A stretch of DNA of 64,000 nucleotides from Ignavibacteriota bacterium. GTDB taxonomy: Bacteria; Bacteroidota; Ignavibacteria; UBA10030. The translations under genes were made by a program, and so were the position numbers. The notes under the pieces are model-generated. The model worked only from the letters and a program-made list of their open reading frames with translations. It ran no database searches and was not told the origin of the DNA. Numbering within the stretch: the first letter of the stretch is position 1; every line of letters starts with the position of its first letter. Positions 61,596 to 64,000 of the stretch are shown here, piece by piece. The stretch is taken from NCBI GenBank assembly GCA_963727825.1, contig CAVSHO010000009.1, positions 1 to 64,000 of the forward strand. Reading direction: 5' to 3'.

Positions 61596-63122
61596 TCAAG
61601 AAGATGCAAATTTTTTCCTGCGTTCGGTTAACTCGTCAGCCATCTGTATTGTCATATTTTTATTGATCTGGTAAGCCATCAATAAAAGAGTACAGATCGC
61701 AAACATTATACCGACAACTATACCGCTGCATGCGCGGAAACCCGCTATTGCTTGAGGTGCATCGGGCATTTGGGTGTCATAACTGAACAGAGCTGCCATG
61801 ATCCAAAGGAATGAAGAAGAGCCAAGCGCCAAACCACCTTTTAAAGCAAAACCAATAGTTGCAAAAACGATTCCCGTAAAGCGGCGTCCCGTTTTCCATT
61901 CGGAATAATCCGCCACATCCGCATATATCGCCCAAATTAATGGAACGGTTGGTGCGTATGCTATCGCGATAAGAATTGTCAGCACGACCATGCCGATAAT
62001 ATTCGTAGGGCCAAGCAGATAGAAAGCAAGTGTTCCGATGCTTGCAAGACCAAACCCGCAAATCGCAACCGCCTTCTTCCCAAACCTTTTGGCAAGAGGT
62101 GGCGAGAGGATGATGACAATCATGGTGGTGCCGGTTCCGATCATGTTTATAATACTGTTAGCAACATCGGCAACGTTCGAACTTGCAAGATTCGACTTAT
62201 CTCCGTGGACAATGTAACCGAGCCATTCAAGAATACCACTAGGTGCAGGGGCACCGGGAGCGAGTGCAGGTGCAGTCAAGCCCAAGCTCTGTACCCAATC
62301 ATATAGCGCAAATTTGTCAGCGAAATGATGATAATAATTATAAAGTGCAGCGCCTCTGAACGAGAGAATTGCAAAATGTACTAGAGTCATGAAAAACATT
62401 ACTTTCCAAGGATTGTTTTTCAGCAAATTGATAAAATCTTCTTTCGGCGAAGCTTTTTGAGAGGGCGCGGGTTTAATGCGTTCTTTTGTCGTAGCGAATG
62501 TAACGAGGAACAGGAAGAAACATACAATAGCCCAAATAATCATGGTCATTTGCCAGCCGTACTGCTTGTCATGCCCAACTGCGAATTTGGCAATTAATGG
62601 AAGAGTGAAACCGCCCACAATAAATTGTGCTGCATTCACTGCGATGAACCGGTAAGAGTTAAGCTTAGCACGTTCATTAACATCGCCGGTCATAACTCCA
62701 CCAAGTGCTGCGTACGGCATATTGTTCATGGAATAAATGCTCATCAGTAGAATATTGGTGATAGCAGCGTATATAACCATCGAAGTCATATTCCAGCCTT
62801 TTGGTGTTGTATACGCCAGCACCATTACGATACACCAAGGCAATGCCGTAAATAAAACCCATGGGCGGAATTTCCCCCAGCGTGTGTTCGTGCGGTCAGC
62901 AAGCACACCGACAATCGGATCGGCAAAAGCGTCCCATAACCGAGCGACTAAAAGAATCGTTGCCGCAGCACTCGCAGTAATACCAAAGACATCCGTATAA
63001 AAATTCGTTTGGAAAAGGATCATCGTCATAAAAACAAAATTTGCAGCAGCATCAGCAGCGCTGTATCCCGCTTTTTCGACGAAAGAAAGTTTTTGTGAGT
63101 TTGGTTGCACTATATACTCCAA
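61596..63122 (-). CDS. MFS glycoside-pentoside-hexuronide (GPH):cation symporter, xyloside-transporter-like
   Basis: EKAGYS..D.AANF, FYTDVFGI, DAFADP..G..ADRTNTRWGKFRPW and DVADYSEWKTGRR. Confidence 0.9.
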   Translation of the reverse strand: MEYIVQPNSQKLSFVEKAGYSAADAAANFVFMTMILFQTNFYTDVFGITASAAATILLVARLWDAFADPIVGVLADRTNTRWGKFRPWVLFTALPWCIVMVLAYTTPKGWNMTSMVIYAAITNILLMSIYSMNNMPYAALGGVMTGDVNERAKLNSYRFIAVNAAQFIVGGFTLPLIAKFAVGHDKQYGWQMTMIIWAIVCFFLFLVTFATTKERIKPAPSQKASPKEDFINLLKNNPWKVMFFMTLVHFAILSFRGAALYNYYHHFADKFALYDWVQSLGLTAPALAPGAPAPSGILEWLGYIVHGDKSNLASSNVADVANSIINMIGTGTTMIVIILSPPLAKRFGKKAVAICGFGLASIGTLAFYLLGPTNIIGMVVLTILIAIAYAPTVPLIWAIYADVADYSEWKTGRRFTGIVFATIGFALKGGLALGSSSFLWIMAALFSYDTQMPDAPQAIAGFRACSGIVVGIMFAICTLLLMAYQINKNMTIQMADELTERRKKFASS

Positions 63123-63469
63123 AGTTCGTTTAGAATTTTTGTGAACTTATATACAGATATTACGCTATTCTACTTCTAGAAAATATTATTGTCTTAAAAT
63201 ATTGTAATTGAATTGATGAAATTTGAATACGTATATTTCAAACATGATTAAAATATATATCGTAAAAAGCAAGCCACTTAGGTGTGATATTTGAAGGAAC
63301 CGATTTGATCTTGCCAGGTCTTAAAAAAATTTACTGTGATACTTCGAAACCCTTATAATGATTTTTTCACAGTTGAAGTAAACCTGAATTATTAATGCTT
63401 CAATGAAGCATTAATTTAAATTCTAGAAAACCCTGGTTTTAACTCTATTAAAAATTACATACGATACAA

Positions 63470-64000
63470 TCATTTTAAAAATAAATCGGTTACAAATGAT
63501 TTCAATTGTCCAGAATCGATCTTTAATTTGCCAGTCTGCTTTTGATGTTCTTTAATATATTGCATCACTATTTGTGTGAATACTGCACCCGGCCTGGGAT
63601 ATGCAGCTACTATATAATGAGGGCCTTTTGTTGTTTCTCCCGCTTCTTGTTCCATTTCGGCTCTGAGATTGTCCGGAGTTATTAAAGTATTGGCATATTG
63701 GAAGACAACTTTATCCATTGCTTTATATACTTCTTTACTCTCCTTTACCAAACCATAGTAATCAAGAAGTTGAGCAAAAACATAATTGGATGTTGTATAA
63801 ACATCTTGACCCTGTTCTGATTTTACAGCTTCCCCATTTTCAGTTCGGCACATTGCCCAGCCCATAGTTGTGCGATTATTTTTATAAATCGTACTCAGAA
63901 TTTTCTTGGCTCTATCGTCAGATATGAAGGGCTCTTCTCCGATTGCTATCATATACCACATGGCATCCAGTTGATTAGTCCAGACATCTGTGTTCGTCTT
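63470..64000 (-). CDS. C-terminal part of a GH116-like glycosidase (runs off the window)
   Basis: The frame is open to 64000 and reads DVWTNQLDAMWY, QGQDVYTTSNY and YPRPGAVF, resembling the GH116 DQL.GQWY and Y.RP.A.W motifs. Confidence 0.6.
   Translation of the reverse strand, partial: KTNTDVWTNQLDAMWYMIAIGEEPFISDDRAKKILSTIYKNNRTTMGWAMCRTENGEAVKSEQGQDVYTTSNYVFAQLLDYYGLVKESKEVYKAMDKVVFQYANTLITPDNLRAEMEQEAGETTKGPHYIVAAYPRPGAVFTQIVMQYIKEHQKQTGKLKIDSGQLKSFVTDLFLK

Noticed and set aside
1-64000. tRNA, rRNA or known riboswitch
   Set aside because: None was recognised by eye. A tRNAscan or Infernal run is needed to exclude them.

Overview
The sequence resembles Ignavibacteria/Bacteroidota: it has seven QNYPNPFNP-type T9SS C-terminal sorting domains (CTDs) and a Bacteroidota-type ECF sigma/FecR pair. 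The taxonomy is inference only. The window has three parts. (1) 1-29.2 kb is a minus-strand Wzx/Wzy surface-polysaccharide locus: SLBB/Wza export protein, Wzz, Wzx, VioA-like aminotransferase, truncated WbqC, ATP-grasp, GT2/GT4/GT8, Wzy, WbsX, two SDR epimerases, GH5, RmlC and Gfo/Idh/MocA. It is interrupted by three toxin-antitoxin modules, a GIY-YIG nuclease, an IS3 element and many heptamer, REP and MITE repeats. (2) 29.3-30.3 kb is a nested tandem-repeat and REP spacer. (3) 30.4-64 kb is a glycan (probably xylan) utilisation region with no SusD: ECF sigma/FecR, two Xanthomonas/Caulobacter-type TonB receptors each followed by a T9SS-sorted partner with a shared [G/K]FPxG[D/N]LxW motif, two SurA/PrsA-like foldases, an MFS-fused SAM-fold membrane enzyme, GH10, a GH116 fragment and a GPH symporter. 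The best novelty candidates are the repeated TBDR / T9SS partner / foldase / MFS-SAM-transferase cassette, and 19-20 bp palindromes inserted precisely into other repeats. About eleven single-base frameshifts, several in homopolymer runs, suggest long-read assembly errors. All family assignments come from motif recognition by eye, not from database searches.
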